Virus record (IMG/VR): IMGVR_UViG_3300031886_000002
Direction: 5' to 3' (one strand)
Length of the DNA stretch: 64,000 nt
Origin: an uncultured virus (IMG/VR IMGVR_UViG_3300031886_000002)
Taxonomy: Duplodnaviria; Heunggongvirae; Uroviricota; Caudoviricetes
The notes under the pieces were generated by a model. It was given only the letters and a program-made list of their open reading frames with translations. It did not search any database and had not been told where the DNA came from. How positions within the stretch are numbered: position 1 is the stretch's first letter; the number at the start of each line of letters is the position of its first letter. The translations under genes and the position numbers were made by a program. Shown piece after piece: positions 31,967 through 43,277 of this stretch.

Positions 31967-33612
31967 TAAGGTATCCTCCTTTCGGTTCTTTTATCAACAT
32001 TTTGATTACCTGCTTCTGCTGGTAATCCTGTGAATCGTTTGTCTGGGCCTTCACTCATGGATGGTTTATTCCGCGTTGCCGCTACCTTCTCCGGTTTTCC
32101 CGCTTCAGCCTGTGTTGGCTTTCCCCCTCCTTCCATCATTTCACCTATATGTGCTTGGTCAATGTTTGTTCCAGCATACGGGTCAGGTTTATTTTCTTCT
32201 CCTTCACCACCACCACCTTGCTGTATATCAGGCATTTCTTTTTTATATTTGAATTTTCCTTTATCATCCATGTCTATTTCAAACCCTAGATTCTTTATTG
32301 AAGATGCAATATTAACTTCTATCTCCCTCTTTCTCAATTTGGCTATTGCATCCTCTTCTTCAGAAGGAGGAAGCACTATCTTCCAATCAGTAACACCAAA
32401 CTCGGCAGTTATAAATGGTAATACATATTCATTCCATACTGTCTGAGCCATTTCTACTGCACGGTTCGTTACAAGGATTTGCATGCCTTCATTATTCAAT
32501 CCACCACTAGCAGAATTGTCTGACATGAATATTTTACTAACTCCATAGAAGGCAGAAATTCTATCTCTTAAGTCATCCTTAACAGCAACATAATCCATCT
32601 CCTTTAGACTATCTAAGAATTTAATCCATTCAATAGAACCTTTCCCATTTTCTGCTTCAATACCCATAACAGGAATGAAGTGCGGGTCTTGTTCCATCTT
32701 CTCCTTGACTCCACGCCAAAAGGATTTCATGGAATCAATATTTCTAGTTTGAACTGCTAACAATCCTCTGGGCATTCTACTCTTGGAATATGAAGAATTA
32801 ACATAGTTCTCCATAGCAATAAGTGTTGTAATATGATTCCATAATGTAAGAACAGGAGACAACCCATAAAGCCTACTAGGATTATACTTACTGAAATGTA
32901 ATACTTCCCCTTTCAAATAATATTGTTCTTCACCATGCACACGATTCACATAATGTATAGGATATAATTTACCTTGACAAAGTTCACAATCATCAGTTGA
33001 TTCAACACTAATTTGGTCTCTATGTTTTATACAAGTATATCCAGCATTACCTTTTTGCCCATGTTCATCAGAATAAATATGCATAGTAACAGGGTCACCA
33101 CGATAAATTTCTTTAACCTTATGCATTCTAATTTCAGAATTAGCATCAATATAATATTCCTTGACTAAAATAATATAAGCATCATCCATAATATTCAAAT
33201 CATCTTCTAATTCTTTAAGAACATCAATAAACATTTGTTCAGATTTATTAATATAATTCTCCAAAAATTTATGAGCATACTTTAATTGGCCTTTATCTGG
33301 TTTAACTAAATTAGGAGAATTACAATCAATACATTCATCAACAGGAGATTGGTGTTTCTTACCACAGTCCTGACATTTTTCATCAAACCTACCTTCCCAT
33401 CTATAACCTCTCCTGAAAATTTCATTTTTCAATTGTGTAGTGCAAGTTCTAACTATAACAGATTGTTGTGCTACATGGTATAATATAGGAGTAGTAATCA
33501 TATAAGATGTACTTTTCTCCTGTATTCCGGGATTAAACACCTTTCTATCTTGAGGTTTAGGAGTTTGTCTTCTAAACAATCTCCTAACATCAAACATTCT
33601 TCTTTCTGCCAT
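31966..33612 (-). CDS. Portal protein
   Basis: EVLHF...LYGLSP...PRGLL...ISAFYGVS portal motifs; lies between terminase and protease. Confidence 0.9.
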   Translation of the reverse strand: MAERRMFDVRRLFRRQTPKPQDRKVFNPGIQEKSTSYMITTPILYHVAQQSVIVRTCTTQLKNEIFRRGYRWEGRFDEKCQDCGKKHQSPVDECIDCNSPNLVKPDKGQLKYAHKFLENYINKSEQMFIDVLKELEDDLNIMDDAYIILVKEYYIDANSEIRMHKVKEIYRGDPVTMHIYSDEHGQKGNAGYTCIKHRDQISVESTDDCELCQGKLYPIHYVNRVHGEEQYYLKGEVLHFSKYNPSRLYGLSPVLTLWNHITTLIAMENYVNSSYSKSRMPRGLLAVQTRNIDSMKSFWRGVKEKMEQDPHFIPVMGIEAENGKGSIEWIKFLDSLKEMDYVAVKDDLRDRISAFYGVSKIFMSDNSASGGLNNEGMQILVTNRAVEMAQTVWNEYVLPFITAEFGVTDWKIVLPPSEEEDAIAKLRKREIEVNIASSIKNLGFEIDMDDKGKFKYKKEMPDIQQGGGGEGEENKPDPYAGTNIDQAHIGEMMEGGGKPTQAEAGKPEKVAATRNKPSMSEGPDKRFTGLPAEAGNQNVDKRTERRIP

Positions 33613-33615
33613 TCA

Positions 33616-34911
33616 TCATACCTCCATCTTAGAATTGTTTTCTAACTTATGAATATTATCAATATCAATATCCCACTCTTTCCAATCAAATCTTGTGTTA
33701 TCACGATGATTATAATACTTCATTAACTTAAATAGTTCTGCACATCTATCTTTATACCATGATTTCTTTTTATCATGTTTCTTAATTTTTATTAGTTCTT
33801 GTAATAATTTTGCATTAGGTCCTTTCATTCTAAAGTGTGGCTCACATTTTCCTAATAACTGTCCTACATCTGCTGCAGAATAGAAATTCAATCTATTTAC
33901 AGGTCTAGTATCTTGTGGTGATTTTTGGTCTAAATGTAATCTACCTATTCCCAATGATTTATGCATCTCTAACATAAATGCTTTGCCTCTTTCTCCTGTT
34001 GCTACCATTCCAACTCTTGGATTATAATTTTTATCCATAGTGATATAACCATCGGAATCAATAAATGCCGCTGTGTATGCATATATGTCCTTTTTTATAT
34101 CATCATTTAATTTGTAAAATGAACCATCAACATTAGTTATATTTTCATCACTAGCCATCTTTGCTATTATCTGAGGGGAACTTCTATCTTGAAGTTTTTT
34201 AGGCAACAAATCATGTATTTGCCGAGAAGAAATTCCGGGATTGTTACAGACTGAATTAAGGATGGCCTTCTTAATATCGTCTTTGGGGGAAGTGCTTATG
34301 AGGCTTTGCTTTAATAATTGCTTGAATTGCTTTTTTAAGCCATTCATTTCCTTCGTTAGTCTAGAATAGTCAGAATTATATCCTATATCTTTTCTATCCA
34401 AATCTGCTTCCCAATATTTACATAAACAATCAATGATGTTTCTTCTATTACTTTCGCTTTTCATCTCATTAAGTTTATTTAAATCATATTCATTGTAATT
34501 CATTTTTCTAAGTGGAATCTTATACTTTCTAACCCAATAAACGCTATCTATACATTTATCCAAATAATCAGAATAACCATCGATTAAATTATCAATTCCT
34601 TTAGTAAATTTAATTTTAGTTTCGCCCTTAAGAGTCCTTCTATAGTAACGCATCTCTTTTATAATATCAGGAATGTTATTACCTTGAATTTCATATTTAA
34701 GAGGGTAATCAGATAACTGTTTCCTAGCCTGAGTTAGATTCATATCATATTCATTAGCATAAAGACTAACAATATCATCATGACTTCTAATGGGAACATT
34801 ATTAATCCATTTGCCCATAGAATCACTTAATACTTCTATCTCCGATTCCTTATCTTCAACATCTTCCACTTCTTCTGCTAACTCATGAAGGCTTTCTGCT
34901 CTTTCACCCAT
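33616..34911 (-). CDS. Protein with C-terminal LAGLIDADG endonuclease-like domain
   Basis: AYTAAFIDSDGYI motif, preceded by a winged-helix-like ILNSVCNNPGISSRQIHDLL segment. Confidence 0.75.
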   Translation of the reverse strand: MGERAESLHELAEEVEDVEDKESEIEVLSDSMGKWINNVPIRSHDDIVSLYANEYDMNLTQARKQLSDYPLKYEIQGNNIPDIIKEMRYYRRTLKGETKIKFTKGIDNLIDGYSDYLDKCIDSVYWVRKYKIPLRKMNYNEYDLNKLNEMKSESNRRNIIDCLCKYWEADLDRKDIGYNSDYSRLTKEMNGLKKQFKQLLKQSLISTSPKDDIKKAILNSVCNNPGISSRQIHDLLPKKLQDRSSPQIIAKMASDENITNVDGSFYKLNDDIKKDIYAYTAAFIDSDGYITMDKNYNPRVGMVATGERGKAFMLEMHKSLGIGRLHLDQKSPQDTRPVNRLNFYSAADVGQLLGKCEPHFRMKGPNAKLLQELIKIKKHDKKKSWYKDRCAELFKLMKYYNHRDNTRFDWKEWDIDIDNIHKLENNSKMEV

Positions 34912-34925
34912 AATAACACCATGTC

Positions 34926-36362
34926 CTAAAAATTAAGCCCCATAATACCCTGCGGAACACCCAATGGGGGCGTTTCTGGGCCATCAAATATCTCCATGTC
35001 GTCAAGGAGCATAAACGCTTCGGAAGCCACCATAGAGGCCGCATTTGCTAAGGCAAGGGCCATTACGAGGTCATCATGCGCCCCTACTCCTTCAAACTTG
35101 CCGGATTCTGTAATTGAAAACATAGATAACTCCTCAATGAGTGCAGAAGTCGTTCTTCTACTGTTATTATCACCATAAGGCAAGTGAATCTTTGCATTTT
35201 CAAAGTTCATTTGGAGACTTAGGATAATTTCTTGCTTTTTACGGCGTGTGGTATCAAAATCTCGAACATTTAAGTCTGAAACTGCCCTTAATTCCTGTGT
35301 GAAGGCTTTTGCGAAGGTATTCGTTTCATAAAGCACTACTTCTGGCTCAAAAATCTTTCCAATTAAGCGCAATTTGTCAATATTTTCTCTAAATTGCACA
35401 TTTTTGGCTCTATCAACGTGAACAATGGTTTTATTCTTTTCATCATCTACTTCTAATACCATTATTACATTGTAGTCTCCATCTGTTGATATAGCAGGGT
35501 CAACTCCAACATAATACTTATATCCTTTATCCTTTCGATGCCCTAATTTAAGTATAGCATCTCTATTTTTAGCATCTTCTAAGTAAGATTGAGTAAATAG
35601 GGCTGTTCCTGTTGAAACAGGTATACATAAATATTCTCTTGTGAACTTTAGTGAGCCAATTTCTGCTTTTCTTTGCATAAGGGCATCATGGTCCCATCTT
35701 TCTGGCCATAGCGGTGTATTCATTGAATCAAAGCATGGATATTTTCTAACTGTATAAGCCTCATTCTCATCCAATTGTGAGAAAATATCAGTATATGTAA
35801 AAGGAGTTCCTATCATTCTCAAACTAGCAGTATGGTGAAGGGTTGGAATCATGTCTCCAAAGAACCAATCTGTTACCCTTTGAATACCAACTAAACTGAA
35901 CTCTTTCAAAGGGTCGTCAATGATAATCTCTTGAGGGTGAAGTCCTCTAATCTGAGAACCTACTGACCTTTCAAGAACAGAATTACCATTAGTCAATGTA
36001 ATGTTACCAATGGCCCATCCTCTTGAAGGTTTGAATTTCTTTAATTGGGGAATATTAAACATTCTATCTATTTCTCGCATGTGTACTAATGTCTGCTTTT
36101 GGTTAGACGAAATGTATAACATTTGGAAAGGCGGTTCTTGAAACACTAAATTCCAAACTACCCATGAATGCATGAATACTGATTTTCCATGGTCTCTTGA
36201 ACATACTATGACTGTTCTATCTGTTTTTTCCATTGTTTCTAACCATTCTGCCATATAATCAGGATACATCATTCCCAACACATTTTGGAAGAAATAAGGA
36301 AATGATTGTTTAGATAATTCCATATCCATTTGATGAGCAAAATTTAATTCTTCTATTTCCAT
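34926..36362 (-). CDS. terL: Terminase large subunit
   Basis: SRDHGKS Walker A, IIIDD Walker B, GVDPA and HDDLVMALALA nuclease motifs. Confidence 0.95.
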   Translation of the reverse strand: MEIEELNFAHQMDMELSKQSFPYFFQNVLGMMYPDYMAEWLETMEKTDRTVIVCSRDHGKSVFMHSWVVWNLVFQEPPFQMLYISSNQKQTLVHMREIDRMFNIPQLKKFKPSRGWAIGNITLTNGNSVLERSVGSQIRGLHPQEIIIDDPLKEFSLVGIQRVTDWFFGDMIPTLHHTASLRMIGTPFTYTDIFSQLDENEAYTVRKYPCFDSMNTPLWPERWDHDALMQRKAEIGSLKFTREYLCIPVSTGTALFTQSYLEDAKNRDAILKLGHRKDKGYKYYVGVDPAISTDGDYNVIMVLEVDDEKNKTIVHVDRAKNVQFRENIDKLRLIGKIFEPEVVLYETNTFAKAFTQELRAVSDLNVRDFDTTRRKKQEIILSLQMNFENAKIHLPYGDNNSRRTTSALIEELSMFSITESGKFEGVGAHDDLVMALALANAASMVASEAFMLLDDMEIFDGPETPPLGVPQGIMGLNF

Positions 36363-36370
36363 ATTATCAC

Positions 36371-37972
36371 CTACGCACCAGCGGCAGCATTATTATTATT
36401 ATTTCTAGGATTCCGCCTCGGATGTCCAAAACGGTGGTCAGATTCTAAATTCTTCTTCATAATATCTATTGAATCCTTCGCAAGTTCTACATATTCCTTA
36501 TAAGTTAATTCTTGTTGAAATCTTTCACCATTACTATGCCTTGTATGAATCTCATGTAATTCTTCCCATTGCTTTTCAGGTAATGGAAATGTATTGGGAA
36601 ATAATAAATATGCTTGAAAGCCTACATGAGGAATAGTCTTAACCATATCATTAGTAATTATTTTTCCACCCAATAATATTCTAATATAGTCAGGTATTAT
36701 TTCACTAGGACTAATAATATTATGATGTGTGTGCCAAGCCCCCTTCTCATATCGGAAATCCCTTTTTATCTTAATAGTGAAATCAAACATATCATCAAAC
36801 TCTTTAATTTTAAATATATCTATCCCAAACTTCTTAAAACTATCACTTAATATTTTTTTGTTTTTATCAGCATCATAAGTACCTCTACCTAGAGAATCCA
36901 TAATAGAATTAAAATAGTATTCTAATGTGCCGTGAGGATTTTGAATCATAGTAAACTGATGTTCTAAATGTGAACTAATGTAAGCCCCTACATGTTTACT
37001 ACTATTATATTTTTCCTTATCAAAAAATTTACGATAAGGGGTGATTTCAAAATTATAATTATGGGCTAACAAATTTTCAAGAACTGCTGTGGCTGGCCCG
37101 TCTAATTGACCATCTATTTCCAGTTGTTTGTCCGTACGCCTTAGATAAATTCTAATATAGTCATCAGGTGCTTTAGTTAATATGTATTTCACATAAGTCA
37201 GTACTTGCATACCTTGAGTCTCAGGAGCAATCCAAGACATTACCATTACTGATAAATAATCACCAATAGTAACACTTGATATTTGAGACGGTTGAACACA
37301 TATTTCTACAGAATTAAGTAATTTAGGTGATAGAATATCATTAACATTTAAACCGGCAATTGCTCCTCCCATACATTCGTCTCCCATTTCTGAATGTTGT
37401 GCATTCTCTCCAACAGATGACAAAGGAACCCAACCGGTACCAAAGAATGCAGTTCTAAGAGTATCATCTGTATTGGTTGTTTCAGCCACTCCCATGATTG
37501 ATATGTGACCACTACTATCTGTAATAGCCAAATCTGTTTTTGTAGCATATTCGCTTCTCATATAGGAAACTCCATCTTCAACATCGAATTGATAATACCA
37601 TGTAGTAGAAGGAGAACCAGCCAAAAATATTAAACTTCTATAATAGGTGGCTATATTATCACGATTATCAAAATCATAATTATAGTTTGCTGTATCCATG
37701 TTTACAAAACCTGCGCCTTCAATGTGAATTAAATATCTATCCCATATATCTCTTTCATATGATTTTTTATCCATTTGTTTACCACCAAAAGCGACCATTT
37801 CTGATAATATGTTCCTTGCCTTCTCCCTAAGGTCTACATTTGCTTGATATGCTGGGCTTTGATACCATTGTTCCATTAGTTTTTGTTCTGTAGGAAATTC
37901 AACCTTTAAAATTGTAACCCATTTATCTGTAGAGTGATTTAACATGATATACAACCTCCTCATTGACTCCAA
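36371..37972 (-). CDS. Hypothetical protein (start uncertain, possibly 37945)
   Basis: Long ORF; KWVTILK near the N-terminus. Confidence 0.7.
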   Translation of the reverse strand: MESMRRLYIMLNHSTDKWVTILKVEFPTEQKLMEQWYQSPAYQANVDLREKARNILSEMVAFGGKQMDKKSYERDIWDRYLIHIEGAGFVNMDTANYNYDFDNRDNIATYYRSLIFLAGSPSTTWYYQFDVEDGVSYMRSEYATKTDLAITDSSGHISIMGVAETTNTDDTLRTAFFGTGWVPLSSVGENAQHSEMGDECMGGAIAGLNVNDILSPKLLNSVEICVQPSQISSVTIGDYLSVMVMSWIAPETQGMQVLTYVKYILTKAPDDYIRIYLRRTDKQLEIDGQLDGPATAVLENLLAHNYNFEITPYRKFFDKEKYNSSKHVGAYISSHLEHQFTMIQNPHGTLEYYFNSIMDSLGRGTYDADKNKKILSDSFKKFGIDIFKIKEFDDMFDFTIKIKRDFRYEKGAWHTHHNIISPSEIIPDYIRILLGGKIITNDMVKTIPHVGFQAYLLFPNTFPLPEKQWEELHEIHTRHSNGERFQQELTYKEYVELAKDSIDIMKKNLESDHRFGHPRRNPRNNNNNAAAGA

Positions 37973-40418
37973 ATTTATTTGCTGTTGATTTTAAACTATC
38001 AAATTCATCAACAATACCAATTACATCGTTAGCAGATAACTCAATCTTGTATTTAGACTTAACTAAGTCTATTGTGGCATTTACATTATCAAAACTAGTA
38101 GGTGCACCAAGAGAATAATAAATTGGTTTTCCCACCATTTTCCTAATTTCATCATGCGCAAACATTAAATTAATCTCCAATTCACTCTTTGTAAAATGTC
38201 CCCAACTTTCAATTAAACTTAGGAGTGCTGATATAGATTCATTAATATATTGATTCTTTTCTAATTCTTCTCTGAAATACCAAATGGTATTAATCAATTC
38301 TTCTATTGGATATTGTTTATCCATGTTAATATCTCTTTGTAATAGTGTTAACACGGGAGTGCCTGCTAATTCTGTTCTCTCGGTTATTTCTATGTTATCA
38401 TTTTTATCTGCAATTGCTTTCAAATGGTAAGCAAAGAAGTTTTCATTATCTCTTTTATAGTCTCCATATAAAGTATTAGAATTCAAAACTTTAAGAGTTT
38501 CATTCATTGAAGCCACTACACTAGCAATATCAGTAATTGGATTACTTACAACTGTTAAAAAGTTAGTTATTATTTCTAATTCAGTTCTAGTTAACATAGA
38601 TACATAAAGTCTACTCCATATATCCTCTGTTTTAGACTCTATTCCTTTACCTTTTAATCTTAATCCGACTAAAAATTCTGTTTGTAAGAAAGAAGGTAAA
38701 TCCTTCCAAACATAATATTTAGAAGAAGATGGGATAACATAGTAATCTTCAATTGCATTTAATAAATGTGTGAAAGCACTTGCATATTCCCTTAAGTCTC
38801 TTTTCCCCCCTACTTTAGATGGAACAAATCTTCTAATAACTGTTCTATGTTGTTTTTCTTCAGATGACATTTGTTTAAATCCTGACTTAGGTTTAACTCC
38901 AAATCTCCAATCATCTTCAGTCATTAATTTATTTGTTCTTGTTCTATCATGTGGGGATTCCATTAACTCACCAATAACATCAAGAAATTCATAATGAGCA
39001 TCTTCTACTTCATGATATGAATCATCCCATGTTTCAGTACCTGTTCCTATTACTGAAACTGCTGGTATATTCATTGGAAGATAATATGGTCCTTTTGCAT
39101 CAACAGCATACTCCGCAAGTTTATCTAATTCTTCATGTAATGAATTGAATTGTCTTTTAACATCTTCATCTATTTCCCAACCTCTTAATATATTTCTAAC
39201 TTGTACACTCATTGCCTCGGCAGTCTCTAAATTGAATGCTCCTCTAGGAAATGCTCCTTCATTTAATATCCAAGCAAATAGAGGGTCTACCTCTTCTAGG
39301 GATTTAATATCTACTTTTATTCCATGCATTGCTTCTTCTATTTCAGCCTGCTCATCATCCTTTACATCTTGTCCTTCCATAGATACTTGTGGAGCAACAG
39401 TTACATTTTTACCTTCTTCAACATCAAAGGTTTGACCCGCAGATTCATAAGAATGTTGTTCTTCTTCAAACTCTTCTAGTTGTCCTTTAGTTTCAGGATT
39501 GTATTTAGCATCAGAAGTGAATAATTCAGTAAAGAAACTATTTAACATATCGTGTGCATTCTGTTCTAAATTTCTAACATCGGGACTTTGAATATTCGCA
39601 CTAACTAAATTATATTTCTTCACATAATTATATTTATTATCACCTTGTGAAATCTTCTCATTGAATTCTTTCAAGTGTTCAAATTGTTCTTTCAATTCGT
39701 TATTAATTTCTTGATGATTGGCATCTTCATATAAATCATCTATTTTATCTATGAATTCTTTCAAGGTATCAATCAATACATCAAATTTATCATTAACTCC
39801 TTCCCAATAATCATATGCTTTTTCTCTTCTATGTCTAAGTTTCCAATCAAGTCTACCAACATATCTATCTGTATCAAAAGGAGAATCATCTATTGTTTGT
39901 ACTTTTCTACTTCCATACTCAACAATTGATTCTAATCCAGGAGTTAATTCAGGAAAGCGATTACCATTTAGAATTTGCGTAACCATTTGTACTGCCGCTT
40001 CTCTAACATCTTCATCAACAATATCAAACCTAGCCCTATCTAATCTAGTCCTTAAATCATCTTGTGTTATTTGCCTACCTTCATAAGTAAAGGCATCCAA
40101 ATAAGGAATTGTATCTTCGGCTTCATCATGTGTAATATCTTCATCACTTATTGCTTCAATGTAGGAATTTATAAAATCATCAGGCAACTCTTTTTCTTCT
40201 AATTCATCTCTAATTTGAGAGATAGCATTATCAACATTTGAAGCATTTTCAATAATGTGTCTATGTCTTCGAGAAATATAACCATTTTCAAATTCTACTT
40301 CATTTAACATAGATTCAAATCTATCTTCATCACTAGAAATTCTTTTATATGTATTTCTAAATTCTTCTTCTGAATCCATATTAATATAATCTTTGATTAC
40401 TGCATTAACCATAATCAT
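37923..40418 (-). CDS. Hypothetical 831-aa acidic protein with possible C-terminal HTH
   Basis: Long ORF; ends SLKSTANKFGVNEEVVYHVK. Confidence 0.7.
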   Translation of the reverse strand: MIMVNAVIKDYINMDSEEEFRNTYKRISSDEDRFESMLNEVEFENGYISRRHRHIIENASNVDNAISQIRDELEEKELPDDFINSYIEAISDEDITHDEAEDTIPYLDAFTYEGRQITQDDLRTRLDRARFDIVDEDVREAAVQMVTQILNGNRFPELTPGLESIVEYGSRKVQTIDDSPFDTDRYVGRLDWKLRHRREKAYDYWEGVNDKFDVLIDTLKEFIDKIDDLYEDANHQEINNELKEQFEHLKEFNEKISQGDNKYNYVKKYNLVSANIQSPDVRNLEQNAHDMLNSFFTELFTSDAKYNPETKGQLEEFEEEQHSYESAGQTFDVEEGKNVTVAPQVSMEGQDVKDDEQAEIEEAMHGIKVDIKSLEEVDPLFAWILNEGAFPRGAFNLETAEAMSVQVRNILRGWEIDEDVKRQFNSLHEELDKLAEYAVDAKGPYYLPMNIPAVSVIGTGTETWDDSYHEVEDAHYEFLDVIGELMESPHDRTRTNKLMTEDDWRFGVKPKSGFKQMSSEEKQHRTVIRRFVPSKVGGKRDLREYASAFTHLLNAIEDYYVIPSSSKYYVWKDLPSFLQTEFLVGLRLKGKGIESKTEDIWSRLYVSMLTRTELEIITNFLTVVSNPITDIASVVASMNETLKVLNSNTLYGDYKRDNENFFAYHLKAIADKNDNIEITERTELAGTPVLTLLQRDINMDKQYPIEELINTIWYFREELEKNQYINESISALLSLIESWGHFTKSELEINLMFAHDEIRKMVGKPIYYSLGAPTSFDNVNATIDLVKSKYKIELSANDVIGIVDEFDSLKSTANKFGVNEEVVYHVKSLYR

Positions 40419-42478
40419 TCCTCCCTAATTATACCAGCATCAATTAATGGTCCTGAAAGATGATATATCTTAGATTTCTTAGACATTCTCTCAATGTATT
40501 TATTAGGTTCTTCTATAATATCATCTACCTTAGATTTAACTTGTTCTGTAATACTATCCATTACATTACTAAATTGTTCCTCACAAGCATCTATTAATTC
40601 TACTAATATATCATTTTTATTCTCTGCTTCATCTGAAATAGCATCTAAATAGTCATTTTTAAACTCATTCAATTTACCTTCACTATACCAATAATCTAAA
40701 TAAATTAATGCCTGTAGAATGTCTTGTGGAGTAACATGGTGAGGACTATAGGTTTCATCCCAATCCAAATCTGTTCCTGTTTCCTTATGAACTGCCTGAA
40801 TTATTTTTATAGGGTTAGTTTCTCTATCTTCTTCATTGACTTGCTTTTGTGTTTTTGATTTTCTTAATCTTTGAACTCTTTGAATAAATCTACTCAATCT
40901 ACGAGGAGGAACTTGAAGTCTAAGATTAGAATTAAGTTTATATTGTTGTTCAACTTGAACGAACATATCTTGGAACTCATCTGCTGCATTTAATATGTCT
41001 TTTAAGGATTCTATTATTGGGCGTACTCTTCTAGTTGAATATATTTGTCTTAGTCCCTCACGGAATGCTTTCATATTTTCCTCATTAAATGGTTTATATT
41101 CAGAAAGCCCCCATAAGTCTTTGGCCTCTTGTTCACTAAATAACATCAAGGGTCTCTGACTTTTTAGTTTAGATACTAACTCTTCATATTTAGGTTTTAA
41201 TCTAGTAGCCGAAGGACTTCCTTTGTTTAACCATCTTATAAATCTATTGGAATAATGCTTTTCTCTACCCTCTTCTTCTATTAGTGCTCTATTATGATAT
41301 TCTCCACTTAAATCAGAAATATCTTGAAGAGTCAATTCAATATCATCAGGGTCTAATTCTAATTCTTTAGGTAATTCATTGTCAATAAGAACTTGTATTA
41401 CTTTTTCAGGAATAAGTTTTGTTTCTTGTATTGATGCTCCTTCATCCATCATAGATGAAAGATTAAAAGTATGAGTAGATAATAAAACCTTAACTACAGG
41501 CGGCAATACACTTCTACCAATATAAACAGTATTCAATACATCGTTTTTATTCCCCGGAGACTCTTCCGGTAATTCAGGTAGTAATAATTTAGTTGGCCAT
41601 CCTTGTTTGACTGTTAGTTTAAAATAGTCTAGGATATTATCTCGGCTAATTAAATTAGTATAATTTTTATTTTCAAATTCTTGTTCAGTTCTTGCTTGAA
41701 CATTACTATCAATTTGTTTTTCTGGAAATACTTGTAATAAAGGAGAAGACTTAACTTCTGGTTTAGGAACTTTCAAATTAGTAACTAAGACAGATAAGGG
41801 TTCTTCTAACTCTTTCCATTGGTCTAAACTAATCTTTTCAGGGAAAGTTAATATATTATCCTTTAAAGTATAAGTATCTTCTAGACCTTCTAATTCTGTT
41901 TCAAGTTCTTTCTTCCCACCTTTAGGTAGGGTGATTGTGTTATCAGATAAATCATAATACCAAAGTTCAATATTGCCTTCGGTTTTTTCTCTGATTAAAG
42001 GTTCTTTGTCTTCTAGCATTTTTAGTCTTTGTGTTCTAGTGACTCTTCCGGGCCTTTTATCACCAGACCATGTTTTTGGGCCTCCCTTTAGATAATCAAC
42101 TAAGTCTTCTGTATTCCCCTGCTCTAAAGATTCCATCGCCTTATTAAAATTAGCAATTAATGAATCACTTTGAGGTGTTTCCACAACAATTTCACTCAAT
42201 GCTTCTGATAGTTCTTCTAAGCCATTAACTAAGTTCTCTAGATTATTTCCACTAAGACTAAACTGCTCTCCAAGTTCTTCCTCATCTAAACCCTTCAAAT
42301 CATTAACAATATTTACAGTCTGTCTAGTTCTCTTAGCATCATCTTCCATAGCGGCAGATACCATACTTGAAATTCTTTCTACCCCTGTTTCTCCTGTGCT
42401 TAATGCTCCAGCAATAGCAGTCACCCATGCTTGTTTATTTGCAGGAATAGGGTTTCGTTTTAATATTGTTGCCCACAT
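40415..42478 (-). CDS. Hypothetical protein, WxxhhK tag (start reassigned)
   Basis: ATG at 42478 just after the upstream stop gives MWATILK. Confidence 0.7.
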   Translation of the reverse strand: MWATILKRNPIPANKQAWVTAIAGALSTGETGVERISSMVSAAMEDDAKRTRQTVNIVNDLKGLDEEELGEQFSLSGNNLENLVNGLEELSEALSEIVVETPQSDSLIANFNKAMESLEQGNTEDLVDYLKGGPKTWSGDKRPGRVTRTQRLKMLEDKEPLIREKTEGNIELWYYDLSDNTITLPKGGKKELETELEGLEDTYTLKDNILTFPEKISLDQWKELEEPLSVLVTNLKVPKPEVKSSPLLQVFPEKQIDSNVQARTEQEFENKNYTNLISRDNILDYFKLTVKQGWPTKLLLPELPEESPGNKNDVLNTVYIGRSVLPPVVKVLLSTHTFNLSSMMDEGASIQETKLIPEKVIQVLIDNELPKELELDPDDIELTLQDISDLSGEYHNRALIEEEGREKHYSNRFIRWLNKGSPSATRLKPKYEELVSKLKSQRPLMLFSEQEAKDLWGLSEYKPFNEENMKAFREGLRQIYSTRRVRPIIESLKDILNAADEFQDMFVQVEQQYKLNSNLRLQVPPRRLSRFIQRVQRLRKSKTQKQVNEEDRETNPIKIIQAVHKETGTDLDWDETYSPHHVTPQDILQALIYLDYWYSEGKLNEFKNDYLDAISDEAENKNDILVELIDACEEQFSNVMDSITEQVKSKVDDIIEEPNKYIERMSKKSKIYHLSGPLIDAGIIREE

Positions 42479-42479
42479 A

Positions 42480-43277
42480 TTATTCCTCCGGGGTCCAAGT
42501 AAAAGGTTCATTTGGGGAATTAAGTACGGTCTGCTTAAATTTACTCTCAAAGTCTTCCTTAGATATTTGAGGCGCAAACTTTTTTCCTTTAGCAGTAATA
42601 TTTGGATAATTTCTTTGAGCAGCCCAAGCGTGATGAGGAGTAATAGCCATCATTCCCTTTTCATCTAATGATTGAATATGTTCATTTCTATTACTTAATG
42701 GTCCCAACCCAAAAGCCTGATAAACATTTCTTCTATGACTTGTTGGTACTCCACCCTCTCTTGCTGGTTTATGAATAAATAATATTGCTGCTTCTGCATT
42801 AGTTAATAACGCAGGATTTTGTACTGTAGTATAGGTAGATTCTTCTGGCACCATTATATCTATAATTTGTCTATTGCTTCTTGCGCCCCTTGTTTTTGAA
42901 AGGTTTATTACTACTACTCCTACTTCATGTCTATTTAAAGTAAAACTTCTCATGTTACTTATATTAGCCAATGCTTCAGGCACTTCACTAGATGGTATCA
43001 ATGGAGTCCACGATTGCGCACTTCCACTTTCTAAATTAACTATTGTTGCACAACCTCTACCTGTGGCTTTATGTTGCCATGCATTACCCGGCCTAAATAT
43101 CTGTCCTTGTATAGAAGGACTAGGACTTGTAAAGACTCTCACTTGTTTTTCCCAAACATTGCGTTGGTCTAAATACTCAGGTAAATCTCTATCTAACAAA
43201 TCTTGTATGGCTACAGGTTGGTCAGATAATTCATCAAGTGTGGGTCGCTCTGCTTTTATTATCTCAAACCAACTCAT
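42480..43277 (-). CDS. Hypothetical protein, WxxhhK tag
   Basis: MSWFEIIK. Confidence 0.7.
   Translation of the reverse strand: MSWFEIIKAERPTLDELSDQPVAIQDLLDRDLPEYLDQRNVWEKQVRVFTSPSPSIQGQIFRPGNAWQHKATGRGCATIVNLESGSAQSWTPLIPSSEVPEALANISNMRSFTLNRHEVGVVVINLSKTRGARSNRQIIDIMVPEESTYTTVQNPALLTNAEAAILFIHKPAREGGVPTSHRRNVYQAFGLGPLSNRNEHIQSLDEKGMMAITPHHAWAAQRNYPNITAKGKKFAPQISKEDFESKFKQTVLNSPNEPFTWTPEE

Noticed and set aside
33616..34911. Intein or intron interrupting terminase or portal
   Set aside because: Both flanking genes appear intact with their own start and stop; no intein C/S start or HN end seen
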